From an uncultured Acidobacteriota bacterium (lineage in GTDB: Bacteria > Acidobacteriota > UBA6911), in the NCBI GenBank assembly GCA_963809485.1, contig CAWEJX010000016.1, positions 32,001-96,000 on the forward strand: a stretch of DNA of 64,000 nucleotides. Direction: 5' to 3'. The notes beneath the pieces are model-generated. The model ran no database searches and was not told the DNA's origin. It saw only the letters and a program-made list of their open reading frames with translations. The translations under genes were made by a program, and so were the position numbers. Within the stretch, counting starts at the first letter, position 1; every line of letters starts with the position of its first letter. Shown here one piece after another: positions 18,411-28,512 of this stretch.

Positions 18411-18977
18411 TCAGGGAAGAGCTGGCGAATTGGGGTCGAATGAAGGAACGCGCTGCATCGGGATAGCCGTAGGCCCGGGCACCATTTCGTCCCACGGATC
18501 TCGATATGGGATCTTTTTAACAACGGGGAAGGAAAATGGGGCGGCCGGTTCTGCCAGGTAAAACAGGAACCTCATCTTGCCTGTCACTGCTTCATCACTC
18601 ATGGGATAGGCTTCCACGGTGAAATCAGTCCTCAGGATATACAATACATGACCGCTGGAGGCGTCGTTAATGAACCGCAGCATAGTGACATAAAACTGAT
18701 TTTTGCCCAGATAGTGCCAGGTGCCGGTCGCTCCGACGGAAAGCCCTCCGAAAGAACTGGAGGGAAACTGATCAAATATGTAACTGGACCAAACGCTGCC
18801 GTCCTCGTGGAAGTTCACAAACTGGGTTGTGCATGCAAATGGCAAATTGTAGGGTTTCGCCTGACAGAATCCCATTGTCCAAACTCCAACGACGGCTCGC
18901 TTGGGATCACCGTCCGCGGCCAAAACCATGGTGGCGGACAAAAACAGAACCAGGAAAGCCAAAATTGCGCGTCTCAT
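18411..18977 (-). CDS. Secreted hypothetical protein (188 aa, beta-rich)
   Basis: AAGGAG RBS, signal peptide MRRAILAFLVLFLSATMVLA-ADG. Confidence 0.75.
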   Translation of the reverse strand: MRRAILAFLVLFLSATMVLAADGDPKRAVVGVWTMGFCQAKPYNLPFACTTQFVNFHEDGSVWSSYIFDQFPSSSFGGLSVGATGTWHYLGKNQFYVTMLRFINDASSGHVLYILRTDFTVEAYPMSDEAVTGKMRFLFYLAEPAAPFSFPVVKKIPYRDPWDEMVPGPTAIPMQRVPSFDPNSPALP

Positions 18978-19181
18978 AGCAATGCTCCTTTCGATTTCTG
19001 GTTTTTTGTGGCAACAGTCTCTTATGATGCAATGACATATGATCGCCGGCCCTCGGGCATAAAACCAATAGACGCCGGCTGTATTCATCATGTAATTTCC
19101 CTTTCCACGCAAATTGCTGGTAGAATATAGTTAAGTGGTATTTTCATCAGCGCTGGATTCCCCCCTGCCTGGAGCCGGACA

Positions 19182-20933
19182 ATGCCCCAAGTGGTTCGCT
19201 TCGACTGCTTCGAAGTTGATCTGGACGCCGGACAGCTCCGCAAACGCGGCAACAGGATTCGTCTGCGCGATCAGCCTTTCCAGGTGCTCGCTGCCCTTCT
19301 GGAACACCCCGGCCAAGTGGTTACTCGCGACGCTCTGCGCCGGCGCCTGTGGCCCGGTGACGTTTTCGTCGACTTCGACAACAGCCTGAATATCGCCGTT
19401 GCCCGGCTGCGGTTGGTGCTGGGAGATCCGATCAAGCATCCTCGCTTTATCGAGACGCTGCCCAAGCGCGGATACCGGTTTGTTGGAAAGGTGTCTTCGC
19501 CGCCTTTCACCATCGACGAAGGGCCAGTCCGGAAACCCAGGCTGATAGTGCTTCCATTCCTGAATTTGAGCGGAGATCCGGCCCAAGAGTATTTCAGTGA
19601 TGCCGTGACCGATGAAATCATCGGCGCCCTGGCAAGCCTGGCACCGGAGCAATTGGCGGTCATTGCCCGCACCACGGCCATGCGTTACAAGGGCAGCCAT
19701 AAGGATGTATCCAGAATCGGCCGTGAGTTGGCGGTGGACTACATCGTGGAAGGATCTTTCCACCCTGCCAAAGAACAGCTTGTGATCAACGCACAGCTTA
19801 TTCAGACCAGCGACCAGGCTCATCTGTTCGCGCGGAGATACGAAGGAGACCTGCGCGACATCTTCCAACTTCAGAGCTCCATTGCACAAGATATCGCCGC
19901 AAACATCCCGGTGGTTGCGGGCAAGGTTGGCAGCGAGCAGGCCGCAAGGAAGCCAACGGAGAATCTCGCGGCCTACAACGAGTACATTAAGGGCCGTTAC
20001 GAGATGTGGAAGTGGACGCCGGAGGCTGTGGCGAAAGCGAAGCACCACTTCGAGGCAGCGCTCGACCTCGATCCCAACTTCGCCTTGGCTTGCGACGCTC
20101 TCGCCAATCTTTATGGCTACCTGGGGCTTTGGGGATTTCTTCCGCCCGATGAAATGGAACCGCTGCGCAGATTCTACGGAGTGCGTGCTTTCGAGCTCGA
20201 TCCCACGCTGGCCGAGCCCCGGACCCACGTTGCTTACCATCCACAGAAACTGCATTACGAAGACGCCTATTCCTATAACTGGAAGGAGGCCGAGAGGGAG
20301 ATGGCGCATGCGCGAGATCTGAGTCCCAATTCATCCTTGATCCGGGTCAGATACGCGAGTGTCCTGATGACGATGGGAAAGACGGAGCAGGCTGCCGCGG
20401 AATTGGAAGTTGCTCTTGAGCTCGATCCGCTTTCGATGGAGGTCTATTTCTGGCTGGTATTGGCGCTGTTCTTTGGCCGCCAATCCGAGCGCGCCCTCGC
20501 ACAGGCGCAGCAGATGGTCAAACTGGAGCCGGGAAATCATTTCTCATTCATGATGCTGGGTCTGGCTTACCTGGAGATGCAGAAATATGAGGAAAGCGTG
20601 GCTGCGTTTCGCGGAGCGTCTGAGCTATCAGGCGACTTCCCTCTCATGCTGGGATGGCTTGGACTGGCGTTGGGCCTGGGAGGACATACGGATGATGCCA
20701 GGAAGATGCTGGAGCGCCTCCGGACAATCGCCACCGAACGATTCGTGCTGCCGTCGAGTTTCGCCTGGATTCATCTCGGGCTCGGCGAGATCGACGAAGC
20801 CTTTGCCTGGATGGAGCGTGCCGCTGCCCACAACGACGAATGGGTCCATCCGCTGAAAACCTACTCATTCCTGGACCCGCTCCGGTCCGACCCGCGGCTT
20901 CATGTTCTTATGCACAAATTGAACCTGGATTAG
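19182..20933 (+). CDS. Winged-helix (CadC/OmpR-type) + TolB-like + TPR transcriptional regulator
   Basis: RLRDQPFQVL..LLEHPGQVVTR, FIETLPKRGYRF, VLPFLNLSGDPAQEYFSD, multiple TPRs, DPLRSDPR. Confidence 0.92.
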   Translation: MPQVVRFDCFEVDLDAGQLRKRGNRIRLRDQPFQVLAALLEHPGQVVTRDALRRRLWPGDVFVDFDNSLNIAVARLRLVLGDPIKHPRFIETLPKRGYRFVGKVSSPPFTIDEGPVRKPRLIVLPFLNLSGDPAQEYFSDAVTDEIIGALASLAPEQLAVIARTTAMRYKGSHKDVSRIGRELAVDYIVEGSFHPAKEQLVINAQLIQTSDQAHLFARRYEGDLRDIFQLQSSIAQDIAANIPVVAGKVGSEQAARKPTENLAAYNEYIKGRYEMWKWTPEAVAKAKHHFEAALDLDPNFALACDALANLYGYLGLWGFLPPDEMEPLRRFYGVRAFELDPTLAEPRTHVAYHPQKLHYEDAYSYNWKEAEREMAHARDLSPNSSLIRVRYASVLMTMGKTEQAAAELEVALELDPLSMEVYFWLVLALFFGRQSERALAQAQQMVKLEPGNHFSFMMLGLAYLEMQKYEESVAAFRGASELSGDFPLMLGWLGLALGLGGHTDDARKMLERLRTIATERFVLPSSFAWIHLGLGEIDEAFAWMERAAAHNDEWVHPLKTYSFLDPLRSDPRLHVLMHKLNLD

Positions 20934-20945
20934 TCCGCTGCAAAT

Positions 20946-21337
20946 TCAGGCACCTCCGGCAAAGCCGGAGGCTTGAAAGATTGGAACCGCTCAAAGCGGT
21001 TGGACTAGTTACGCTGGTCTTGAACGCTGACTTACGCGGGCAAAAGCCGATGAGGCGCTTCCGATCCCCGCAGGGACCAGCGCTCCGCGCTGGACAGTTT
21101 TATGCGGCGGCACTGTGGCAAACGCCTGGTTTCTCATAACCGCCATCTCCTTGCCGCACGGCGCTTGCCACAGTGCCGCCGCATAAAACTCCATCGAAAG
21201 CGCCTCATCGGCTTTTGCTCGCCGACCCTCGCCGAACAAATCGGCGTTTGTCAGCGCTTTTATCAGCGTTTCGAGATACGAAGCCGTCAAACTCTTTGAG
21301 TCCCCAGGCAGAGCCGGAGGTTTGCCAATAGAATTAA
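20946..21337. mobile_element. IS200/IS605-like miniature element, copy B (full nested form)
   Basis: Both end hairpins plus internal inverted repeats 21040-21065/21193-21218 and 21096-21121/21165-21190. Confidence 0.8.
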
Positions 21338-21602
21338 CAGGTGACTGTAATCCATATTCAAAAAAGCAGCAGGTTGTTTTGGTTCGCCGCTCGCATGTCA
21401 CAGGTCACTGTTTACACGTTGCAGGTTTCAGACTGCAAAAAACCGGTTGCTGTTTGACCTGCAATCCTGGATCGTTGCCTCCGCTTCATTCGATAACATT
21501 TGCGTGTTCTCAAACAAATTATTTCTGTTTGTCCACAAATACTGCATGCTAAAGTTCCCTCGACTGGCCGAAACTGATTTCTCATGTTACGGGGAGTTCG
21601 CT

Positions 21603-23168
21603 GTGATAAAAAGCCGCTTGATATTCCTGATTCTACCGTTCTGCTGCCTGTGGTCCAGCACTGCATTTTCCGTGGAGGCGGGAAATCCGATGCTGAGCAT
21701 CGGGGGCATTGTGCAAAGCCCGATGCAATTGAGTTTGCCGGATCTGCAGAAGTTCAATCCGGTAAAAGTTTTGGCTCGTCCCAAGACCGGGGTGAAAGAG
21801 ACTATTCGATATGGCACTGTGCCGCTCAGGAGCCTGATCGAGCTGGCAAAAATTCGGGAGCCCTTTCAGGGACTTGCCATTTCAGTAAAAAACCATCAGG
21901 GCGAACAGACGGTTTTGTCGTGGGGAGAAGTATTTCTGGCGGGCCGCGATCGCATTTTTGTTGCACATTCCGTGAATGCCGGCGCCTCGGCGCCCTATCA
22001 GGATTTGCCGGCTCTGATCCTGGAACGGGATAAAAAAGCCAGCCTATTCCTCGGGAAGATAACCTTCATTGAAGTCATCCAGACAGCCCATTTCCAATCA
22101 GATCCTGCCTACTCGAGAAAAGCGGTGACATCCGAATCGGTCCGCGGCCGCATGCTGGAATCCGTGCTCGAGAAAATGGCTATCAAGCTCGAACGGACCG
22201 ATGTCCTCAGGATCACATCCGCAAATGGAAATGCAGCCATTGTATCCATTGGAGACCTTCAATCCGCGGCGGCTCCGGCCGTTGTCTCGCGGCCGGCAAA
22301 CCGCGCAGACGGAACCTCCTATGACCTCGTGTTTCCGGGTGACGCCTCTAAAGCCCGAGCGCTGGATAATATTTCCTTCGTCGAGGTTCTCAGCCTGAAA
22401 CAGAAGCCGATGCTTTATGTGTTAGGCGTGGGGTGCGGGGATCCGGACCTGCTGACCAATGAGGCTATTTCGGCCATGGGCAGGGCGGATGCTTTTATCG
22501 GCAAGGAGGACTACCAGAAGAGTCTTGCCGAATACATCGCAGGCAGGCCGGTGCTGTTCGATCCCTTCATGCAGCTTGCCCGGTATCAAAAGGCCAGGCA
22601 TCCCGAGTTTACCGATCAGGAAGCGGAGAAGACAGCGAATGCGGTTTATGCGGACAATATCGAAACGGCCAGGAAGCTGCTGAAGGAAGGCAGGATTATC
22701 GGGCTTCTTGAACCTGGAGACCCTACTTTGTACGGAGGCTGGCGAAACTGGCTGTCGGAATATATTCCGGCAGATCAGATAAAAATCATCCCGGGGATGA
22801 GTTCGTTCAGCGTCGCGAATGCCGTTCTGGGGGAATTCGACCTGACGGAAAATCCCATTGTCATCGTTGAGCCGGAAGATCTGAAAGCCGACGATGCGCT
22901 GATTCAGGCGGCAGCCCGCAACGGCCATACTCTCGTCGTGTTCATGGGATTAAACAGGATGAAGAGCCTGGTCCCTTTGCTCGGCCGGCATTTTCCGCCG
23001 GACACGCCGCTGTTCGTTGTGTATTACGCAGGCATAGATGGGAAAGAACACAGGCTGTCGACCACAATTTCGAAAGCAATCGATGCCACGGATGCAGAAA
23101 AGGAAAATTTTCTCGGGCTCATTTATGTGGGAAGAGAACTGAAAATTCCTTCGCGACCTTCGCCCTGA
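21603..23168 (+). CDS. Signal-peptide-bearing fusion: N-terminal molybdopterin-oxidoreductase-like region + C-terminal tetrapyrrole (precorrin) methyltransferase domain
   Basis: GGGGAG RBS before GTG; hydrophobic leader ending AFS; C-terminal GVGCGDPDLLT..A, GDPTLYG, IPGMSSF..A. Confidence 0.8.
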   Translation: MIKSRLIFLILPFCCLWSSTAFSVEAGNPMLSIGGIVQSPMQLSLPDLQKFNPVKVLARPKTGVKETIRYGTVPLRSLIELAKIREPFQGLAISVKNHQGEQTVLSWGEVFLAGRDRIFVAHSVNAGASAPYQDLPALILERDKKASLFLGKITFIEVIQTAHFQSDPAYSRKAVTSESVRGRMLESVLEKMAIKLERTDVLRITSANGNAAIVSIGDLQSAAAPAVVSRPANRADGTSYDLVFPGDASKARALDNISFVEVLSLKQKPMLYVLGVGCGDPDLLTNEAISAMGRADAFIGKEDYQKSLAEYIAGRPVLFDPFMQLARYQKARHPEFTDQEAEKTANAVYADNIETARKLLKEGRIIGLLEPGDPTLYGGWRNWLSEYIPADQIKIIPGMSSFSVANAVLGEFDLTENPIVIVEPEDLKADDALIQAAARNGHTLVVFMGLNRMKSLVPLLGRHFPPDTPLFVVYYAGIDGKEHRLSTTISKAIDATDAEKENFLGLIYVGRELKIPSRPSP

Positions 23169-23252
23169 TCCTTGCCGCCCTGCTGCATCGGATCTCAAGC
23201 GTACATTGTCGTGTCAACCTGTAACGGGAAACCTGTAACAGAAAACGATAAG

Positions 23253-24494
23253 TCAAGAGATATAGCTGGCGTTGATGTCGACGTAGCCATGACTTAAATC
23301 GCAGGTCCAGACCTTTGCCGCGGCGCGGCCGCCTGCCAGGTCGACATCAATCTGCAAATCGTGGTTTTTCATTGATTTTTTCGCGCGGGCCCGGGTTGAA
23401 CCGACGGGAGATCCGTTGCGAAAAATAGGTATCCCATTCAGGCTCAATCCAACAGTGTCCGGATCAAACGGCACGCCGCTGTAACCCACGGCACACAAGA
23501 TACGCCCCCAGTTCAGTTCCTGACCGTATAGGGCGGTTTTCACCAGGCTGGAGTGCGCGATAGCCTTGGCCACTTTGCGGGCCGCCTCGAAATCGGCGGC
23601 GCCCCGCACCATTATTTCCACAAACTTTGTGGCCCCTTCCCCGTCCCTTGCGATGCTTTTGGCCAGCTCTTCGCAAACCAGGCTCAGGCCTATTTCAAAA
23701 AACGAGGCGGAACGACGGTCCGCGATAGAGGCGCCCGAAGCCCCGTTTGCGAGCGCCAGGACCGTGTCGTTGGTGGACGTGTCGCCGTCGACGGTGAGGC
23801 AGTTGAAAGTTCTGTCCGCGCTCCGGCGCAGCATGCGGCTCAATTCCCCCGGCGGAACCTGCGCATCCGTCGTGACAACGGCGATCATGGTGGCCATTTG
23901 CGGGTGAATCATCCCGGCTCCTTTGGCCATTCCACCGATGCGCACGGTTTTTCCCGCTATGCGCCCTTCCACGGCAATGGATTTCTCGCGTGTATCGGTG
24001 GTCATGATGGCCCGAACGGCTGCAGGGCCGCCCCGCGAGTTGAGCGCGCTGGCGGCGGCGCCGATGCCTTTCAACATCCTGGGTACGGGGAGAAAACTGC
24101 CGATCACACCGGTGCTTGCCACCAAAACCCGGTTGGGATGTACTTCGAGGCGCGATGCCAGACAGCGCGCGCTGATGCGCGCGTCGTGCATCCCGCGGTC
24201 CCCGGTGCAGGCATTCGCGCACCCGGAGTTGATAAGGATCGCGCGGGCGCGTCCACGGGAGAGCTTGAGGTGCTCCCTGCAAAGCAAAACCGGAGCCGCC
24301 TGCACGCGGTTGAGAGTAAAAACTCCCGCGGCTGACGATGGCTGTGAAGAAAACACAACGGCGAGGTCGAGCCCTTTTTTCTTGATTCCGGCGGCTACAC
24401 CAGCGGCAAGATAGCCCTGAGGCGCCGTGATGCCGCCTTCAGTGATCCGCCATTCAGCGGATGATTTGGATCGGGAAGCGTGCGTTCGTGTCAT
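23253..24494 (-). CDS. argJ: Ornithine acetyltransferase / N-acetylglutamate synthase
   Basis: NSGCANACTG, MTTDT, KGAGMIHPQMATM, DGDTSTND, DGEGATK. Confidence 0.97.
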   Translation of the reverse strand: MTRTHASRSKSSAEWRITEGGITAPQGYLAAGVAAGIKKKGLDLAVVFSSQPSSAAGVFTLNRVQAAPVLLCREHLKLSRGRARAILINSGCANACTGDRGMHDARISARCLASRLEVHPNRVLVASTGVIGSFLPVPRMLKGIGAAASALNSRGGPAAVRAIMTTDTREKSIAVEGRIAGKTVRIGGMAKGAGMIHPQMATMIAVVTTDAQVPPGELSRMLRRSADRTFNCLTVDGDTSTNDTVLALANGASGASIADRRSASFFEIGLSLVCEELAKSIARDGEGATKFVEIMVRGAADFEAARKVAKAIAHSSLVKTALYGQELNWGRILCAVGYSGVPFDPDTVGLSLNGIPIFRNGSPVGSTRARAKKSMKNHDLQIDVDLAGGRAAAKVWTCDLSHGYVDINASYIS

Positions 24495-25006
24495 ATGTGC
24501 AGGACCATGGCGAGTTCATCGCATTTATTGAATTTGGGGCAGTGGAAGCACTCGTTATACACCTTCAACGGCATGGTGCTGTGTTCGACCTGTATAAAAC
24601 CGAAACTGCCGAAAAACTTTGGTTCATAGGTAAAACAAAATACCTGCTCGATTCCCAGCGCCCGCGCCTCGGAGAGCAATTCCTCAACCAGGGCTTTTCC
24701 GATGCCTTTTCTTGCCATGCCGGGCGCCACGGCCAGTGCGCGTATCTCCGCGAGGTTCTCCCAGTAAATATGGAGGGCGCCGCAGCCCAGCACCTGGACA
24801 GGGTCCGAAGCATTCACGGCGACGCTGTAGTCGCGCAGGTTCTCATAAATCTGCAGCAGCGTCTTGGGCAGCATCTGCTGCTGATCGGCATAATAATTGA
24901 TGAGCCGACACATTTCACTTGCATCGGCGAGCCTGGCTTTACGGACCAGCGTCTTGAGACCGGCAGAGGATTCCAGCCCTTGCTGCGATTGAGCCATTTC
25001 AATCAT
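24491..25006 (-). CDS. argA: Short GNAT-type N-acetylglutamate synthase
   Basis: GCGALHIYWENLAEIRALAV, GIGKALV; position inside arg operon. Confidence 0.85.
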   Translation of the reverse strand: MIEMAQSQQGLESSAGLKTLVRKARLADASEMCRLINYYADQQQMLPKTLLQIYENLRDYSVAVNASDPVQVLGCGALHIYWENLAEIRALAVAPGMARKGIGKALVEELLSEARALGIEQVFCFTYEPKFFGSFGFIQVEHSTMPLKVYNECFHCPKFNKCDELAMVLHI

Positions 25007-25027
25007 TTGCGGCCTCCTTAAAGCCGG

Positions 25028-26248
25028 TTACGCGGATTCCAGTTCGCCCAAAACCTGGTCGAGAGCAACGAGGAACTCATCAATGTCTTTTTCCGAGATG
25101 ATAAACGGAGGAAGAAGCCGCAGCACCGTATCATGCGCAGCGTTCGCGATGAATCCTTTTTTCAGAAGGCGGTTCACCGCCTCTTTGGCAATGCTGCCGA
25201 TCTCGATGCCGATCATCAGCCCCATGCCCCGTATCTCTCCGATCGAGGGATGCTGCGGGGCCAGGCTCTGAATCCCGCGAACCAGGTATTTCCCCAACTC
25301 GGCGACTCTGGGGAGGAGTTTTTCATCGTCGATGATGTCCAGCACTTCCAGGGCAAGCCTGCAGGCCAGCGGTCCGCCGCCGAAGGTAGTGCCGTGGTCC
25401 CCGGGCTTCAGGCATTCGGCAACGCGCGCATTGCCCAGAACGGCGCCCAGCGGATATCCTGCCGCAAGGGACTTGGCCAGCGTCACAACGTCCGGCTTGA
25501 TTCCGTACTGCTCGAATGCAAAATATTTTCCGGTTCTCCCCAGGCCGCATTGGATTTCGTCCGCGACCAGGAGAGCGTCGTAGTGGTCGCAAAGCGCCCG
25601 GGCTGAGCCCACAAATGCCTGCGGCAAAGGAACTATGCCGCCTTCACCCTGGATCGGCTCCAAAACCAGCGCACACACTCTGTCCGAAAACGCCTTTCCC
25701 AGGCTCTCAGGTTTCAGATCCTCGATAATTTCAACGCCGGGCACCAGGGGACGGAAAGGCGCCTGGTATTTTTCCTGGGTCGTAATGCTTAGGGCCCCAA
25801 AAGTCCTGCCGTGGAATGAATTTTTGAGCGTCAGAATCACCGATTTTTCGCTGCTCCGGGCATGGCCATAGGCGCGCGCAATCTTGAGAGCCGCCTCGAT
25901 CGCTTCGGTTCCGCTGTTGGTAAAAAAAACTTTGGACATGCCGGAAATTGCCGCAAGCCTTTTGGCCAGAAGACCCTGGTAAGGGTGATAAAACAAATTG
26001 GAGCTGTGCACCAGGCGCTGCCCCTGTTCGGCCAGCACCCGCGCGATTCGCGGGTGGTTGTAACCCAGTGAGTTGACGGATATGCCGGCCAGGAAATCCA
26101 CATAGCGTTTGCCGGCAAGGTCATAGACATAAACGCCTGAACCGTGTGAGCAGAACAGATCGGATCTCTTATAGGTGGCGAAGAGGTATTGTTCTTCAAG
26201 AGCCTGTATTTCCTCCGCTTTGAGCGGTATCGCTTCAGTCTTTTCCAT
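25028..26248 (-). CDS. argD: Acetylornithine aminotransferase
   Basis: NSGTEAIEAA, SFHGRT, EPIQGEGG, DEIQCGLGRTG, TLAK, HGTTFGG. Confidence 0.95.
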   Translation of the reverse strand: MEKTEAIPLKAEEIQALEEQYLFATYKRSDLFCSHGSGVYVYDLAGKRYVDFLAGISVNSLGYNHPRIARVLAEQGQRLVHSSNLFYHPYQGLLAKRLAAISGMSKVFFTNSGTEAIEAALKIARAYGHARSSEKSVILTLKNSFHGRTFGALSITTQEKYQAPFRPLVPGVEIIEDLKPESLGKAFSDRVCALVLEPIQGEGGIVPLPQAFVGSARALCDHYDALLVADEIQCGLGRTGKYFAFEQYGIKPDVVTLAKSLAAGYPLGAVLGNARVAECLKPGDHGTTFGGGPLACRLALEVLDIIDDEKLLPRVAELGKYLVRGIQSLAPQHPSIGEIRGMGLMIGIEIGSIAKEAVNRLLKKGFIANAAHDTVLRLLPPFIISEKDIDEFLVALDQVLGELESA

Positions 26249-27032
26249 GTATTTCCGTTCCTTCCGTCAAGATGCCTTCTAAGAATCGTGTCAAAACATC
26301 CGGGCTGGAACCCGGGAGTATGCGGACCGATGCCACGCCTGCCGCAAGCGCTTCAAGGCATGATGAGGTTTTGGGCAGCATCCCTCCGGAGAGAATCCCT
26401 TTGGAACGCATGTCCTGGATTCCGGATTCTCCAATGCTTCTCACAACAACACCCTTTTCATCCCGGATGCCGGGGACATCCGTTAAATAGATCAGAGATG
26501 CACAGCCCGCACCTGAAGCGCACGCTGCAGCCATCTGGTCCGCATTTACATTGTAAAGCTCGTAATCGGGCCCCAGAGCGATGCTGGAGACAACGGGTGT
26601 CAGGCCTGCCCCGAGAACCAGCTCAAAAAATGACCGGTTCACATCGGATGGTTTTCCCACAAACCCGATGTCTGACGGGTATCCCGGCAGATGCGAGAGC
26701 TGCAGGCATCGGACCGCCCCGGCGTCCGCGCCGCAGATCCCTATGGCCCCGTTTCCCAGCCGGCTCATCTCCGCGACAATCTTCTTATTGACTTCGCCGG
26801 CGAACACCATCACGGCCACATCGAGTGTCTCGGCGTCTGTTACACGCAGTCCTTCTCTGAATTCCGATTTCATCTGAAGCTGAGACAGCCTCCGGCTCAG
26901 GCTTTTGCCTCCCCCGTGCACGAGAATGACTTCATGGCCTTTTGCGGCCGCCGCGCAAACCTGCGTAAGCAGATGCGTGCGTATGCCGACATCCTCCAGG
27001 ATGCTCCCGCCGAGTTTGACTGTGATGCGCAT
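26235..27032 (-). CDS. argB: Acetylglutamate kinase
   Basis: VKLGGS, VHGGG, GLRVTD, NVNAD, GGMLPK; AAGGAG RBS. Confidence 0.95.
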   Translation of the reverse strand: MRITVKLGGSILEDVGIRTHLLTQVCAAAAKGHEVILVHGGGKSLSRRLSQLQMKSEFREGLRVTDAETLDVAVMVFAGEVNKKIVAEMSRLGNGAIGICGADAGAVRCLQLSHLPGYPSDIGFVGKPSDVNRSFFELVLGAGLTPVVSSIALGPDYELYNVNADQMAAACASGAGCASLIYLTDVPGIRDEKGVVVRSIGESGIQDMRSKGILSGGMLPKTSSCLEALAAGVASVRILPGSSPDVLTRFLEGILTEGTEIHGKD

Positions 27033-27042
27033 CCGCGACTCC

Positions 27043-28068
27043 TTACAGAAGGCCCGTGCTTTCCTCAAGTCCGTGCATCAGATTAAAATTCTGCAGCGCC
27101 TGGCCTGAAGCTCCTTTAACCAGGTTGTCGATGGCCGAAAAAACCACGGCCCGCCTCCCGCCATGAGTCAGCCGCCAGCCGATGTCGCAAAAATTCGTGT
27201 GATTGACTGCGCGCAGTTCAGGCAAGCGCGACCCGCCGAGGATCCGGACAAACGGGCGATTGCCGTACCTGTTGCCATATTCGGTTTCGATTTCGGCCGA
27301 ACTGACCGGCCGGTGGAATTGGATATAGATTGTGGAGATGATCCCACGACTGACTGGCAGGAGGTGAGGAATGAACGTGAAGCTTTCCAGATTCCAGCCC
27401 AGTTCCTGGCACATCTCCGGGGCATGCCGGTGCGATACCGGGCTATAGGCACGGAAATTTTCCGCAACTTCCGAGAACATCAGTTCCTGCTTCACACCCC
27501 GGCCTGCTCCTGTCACGCCGGACTTGGAGTCGCAAAAAATTTCGGAACCCGTTTCGAGCATTCCGCCCCGTACCAGGGGTAGCAGCGCCAGGGTAACGGA
27601 AGTTGGGTAGCAGCCCGGATTGGCGATGAGCTGCGCTGGGGCGATCTGCCTGGCGTTCCATTCCGGGAGCCCGTAGACCGCCTTGCCCAGCAGTTCCGGG
27701 CTGGTATGCTGGAATCCATACCAGGACGGATAGCTGGCTTCATCCTTGAGGCGGAATGCTCCGCTGAAATCCACAACCCGGATACCGGCCGCCAGGATTT
27801 GCGGAACCAGCTGGTACGATACTTTATCGGGTGTGCAGAGGAATACCGTGTCCAGCCCGAGCGACGCCATGCGCCCGGCATCCGGAGTAAAGGTGACCAG
27901 GCTGCAGCTTCCGCGCAGGCCCGGATGAAGGTCCTGCACCTGCTTTTCGCCGATTTCCGCCGCATCCATGGCCGCCGCAAATTCGACGGCAGGATGCCGC
28001 AACACCAGCTTGATCAATTCCAGTCCGGCATATCCGCTTACCCCGATAATCCCTACTCTGATCTTCAT
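27043..28068 (-). CDS. argC: N-acetyl-gamma-glutamyl-phosphate reductase
   Basis: GVSGYAG, ANPGCYPT, SGVTGAG, IDNLVKGASGQA. Confidence 0.97.
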   Translation of the reverse strand: MKIRVGIIGVSGYAGLELIKLVLRHPAVEFAAAMDAAEIGEKQVQDLHPGLRGSCSLVTFTPDAGRMASLGLDTVFLCTPDKVSYQLVPQILAAGIRVVDFSGAFRLKDEASYPSWYGFQHTSPELLGKAVYGLPEWNARQIAPAQLIANPGCYPTSVTLALLPLVRGGMLETGSEIFCDSKSGVTGAGRGVKQELMFSEVAENFRAYSPVSHRHAPEMCQELGWNLESFTFIPHLLPVSRGIISTIYIQFHRPVSSAEIETEYGNRYGNRPFVRILGGSRLPELRAVNHTNFCDIGWRLTHGGRRAVVFSAIDNLVKGASGQALQNFNLMHGLEESTGLL

Positions 28069-28508
28069 TCCGCAAACTCCCTGATTCTGGCCATGACTTT
28101 CCTGCCGAAACGCCTGCTGCGCAGGAGTACGAAAATCGTATCGTCTCCGGCAACCGTGCCCAAGACCTCCGGCCACTGCGCGCCGTCCAGAACAACTCCG
28201 ACCGAATGGGCGTTGCCCGGAGCCGTCTTGATCATCACGATGTTGCCCGACAAGCCTGTTTGAACGATGAACTGCGAAAAGGCCCGGCGCAGCGTCTGGT
28301 CCGCGGTTTCAACGCGCACATCGCCGGGAACCTGGTACCGGCCGCGGACCTTGACCAGCCCCAGTTCCCGAATGTCCCTGGAGAGCGTAGACTGAGTGAC
28401 ACCGATCCGATCGCGGTTCAGGAGAGATGCCAGCTCCTCCTGGCTGCCGATCGGCCGTCTGCCGACAATTTCAAGAATTTTTGCCTGCCGTGCGTTTCTC
28501 GATTTCAT
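28065..28508 (-). CDS. argR: Arginine repressor
   Basis: SQEEL, TQSTLSRDI, GTVAGDDT. Confidence 0.97.
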   Translation of the reverse strand: MKSRNARQAKILEIVGRRPIGSQEELASLLNRDRIGVTQSTLSRDIRELGLVKVRGRYQVPGDVRVETADQTLRRAFSQFIVQTGLSGNIVMIKTAPGNAHSVGVVLDGAQWPEVLGTVAGDDTIFVLLRSRRFGRKVMARIREFAE

Positions 28509-28512
28509 GGTT

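Noticed and set aside
20840-21401. Near-identical short ORFs recurring at ~16.3, 21, 34.6, 37.8 and 54.7 kb
   Set aside because: They are translations of the repeated miniature element; stops and frames differ between copies.
21340-21600. Possible cobalamin or Moco riboswitch before the methylase fusion
   Set aside because: No B12-box or other recognisable aptamer motif seen.
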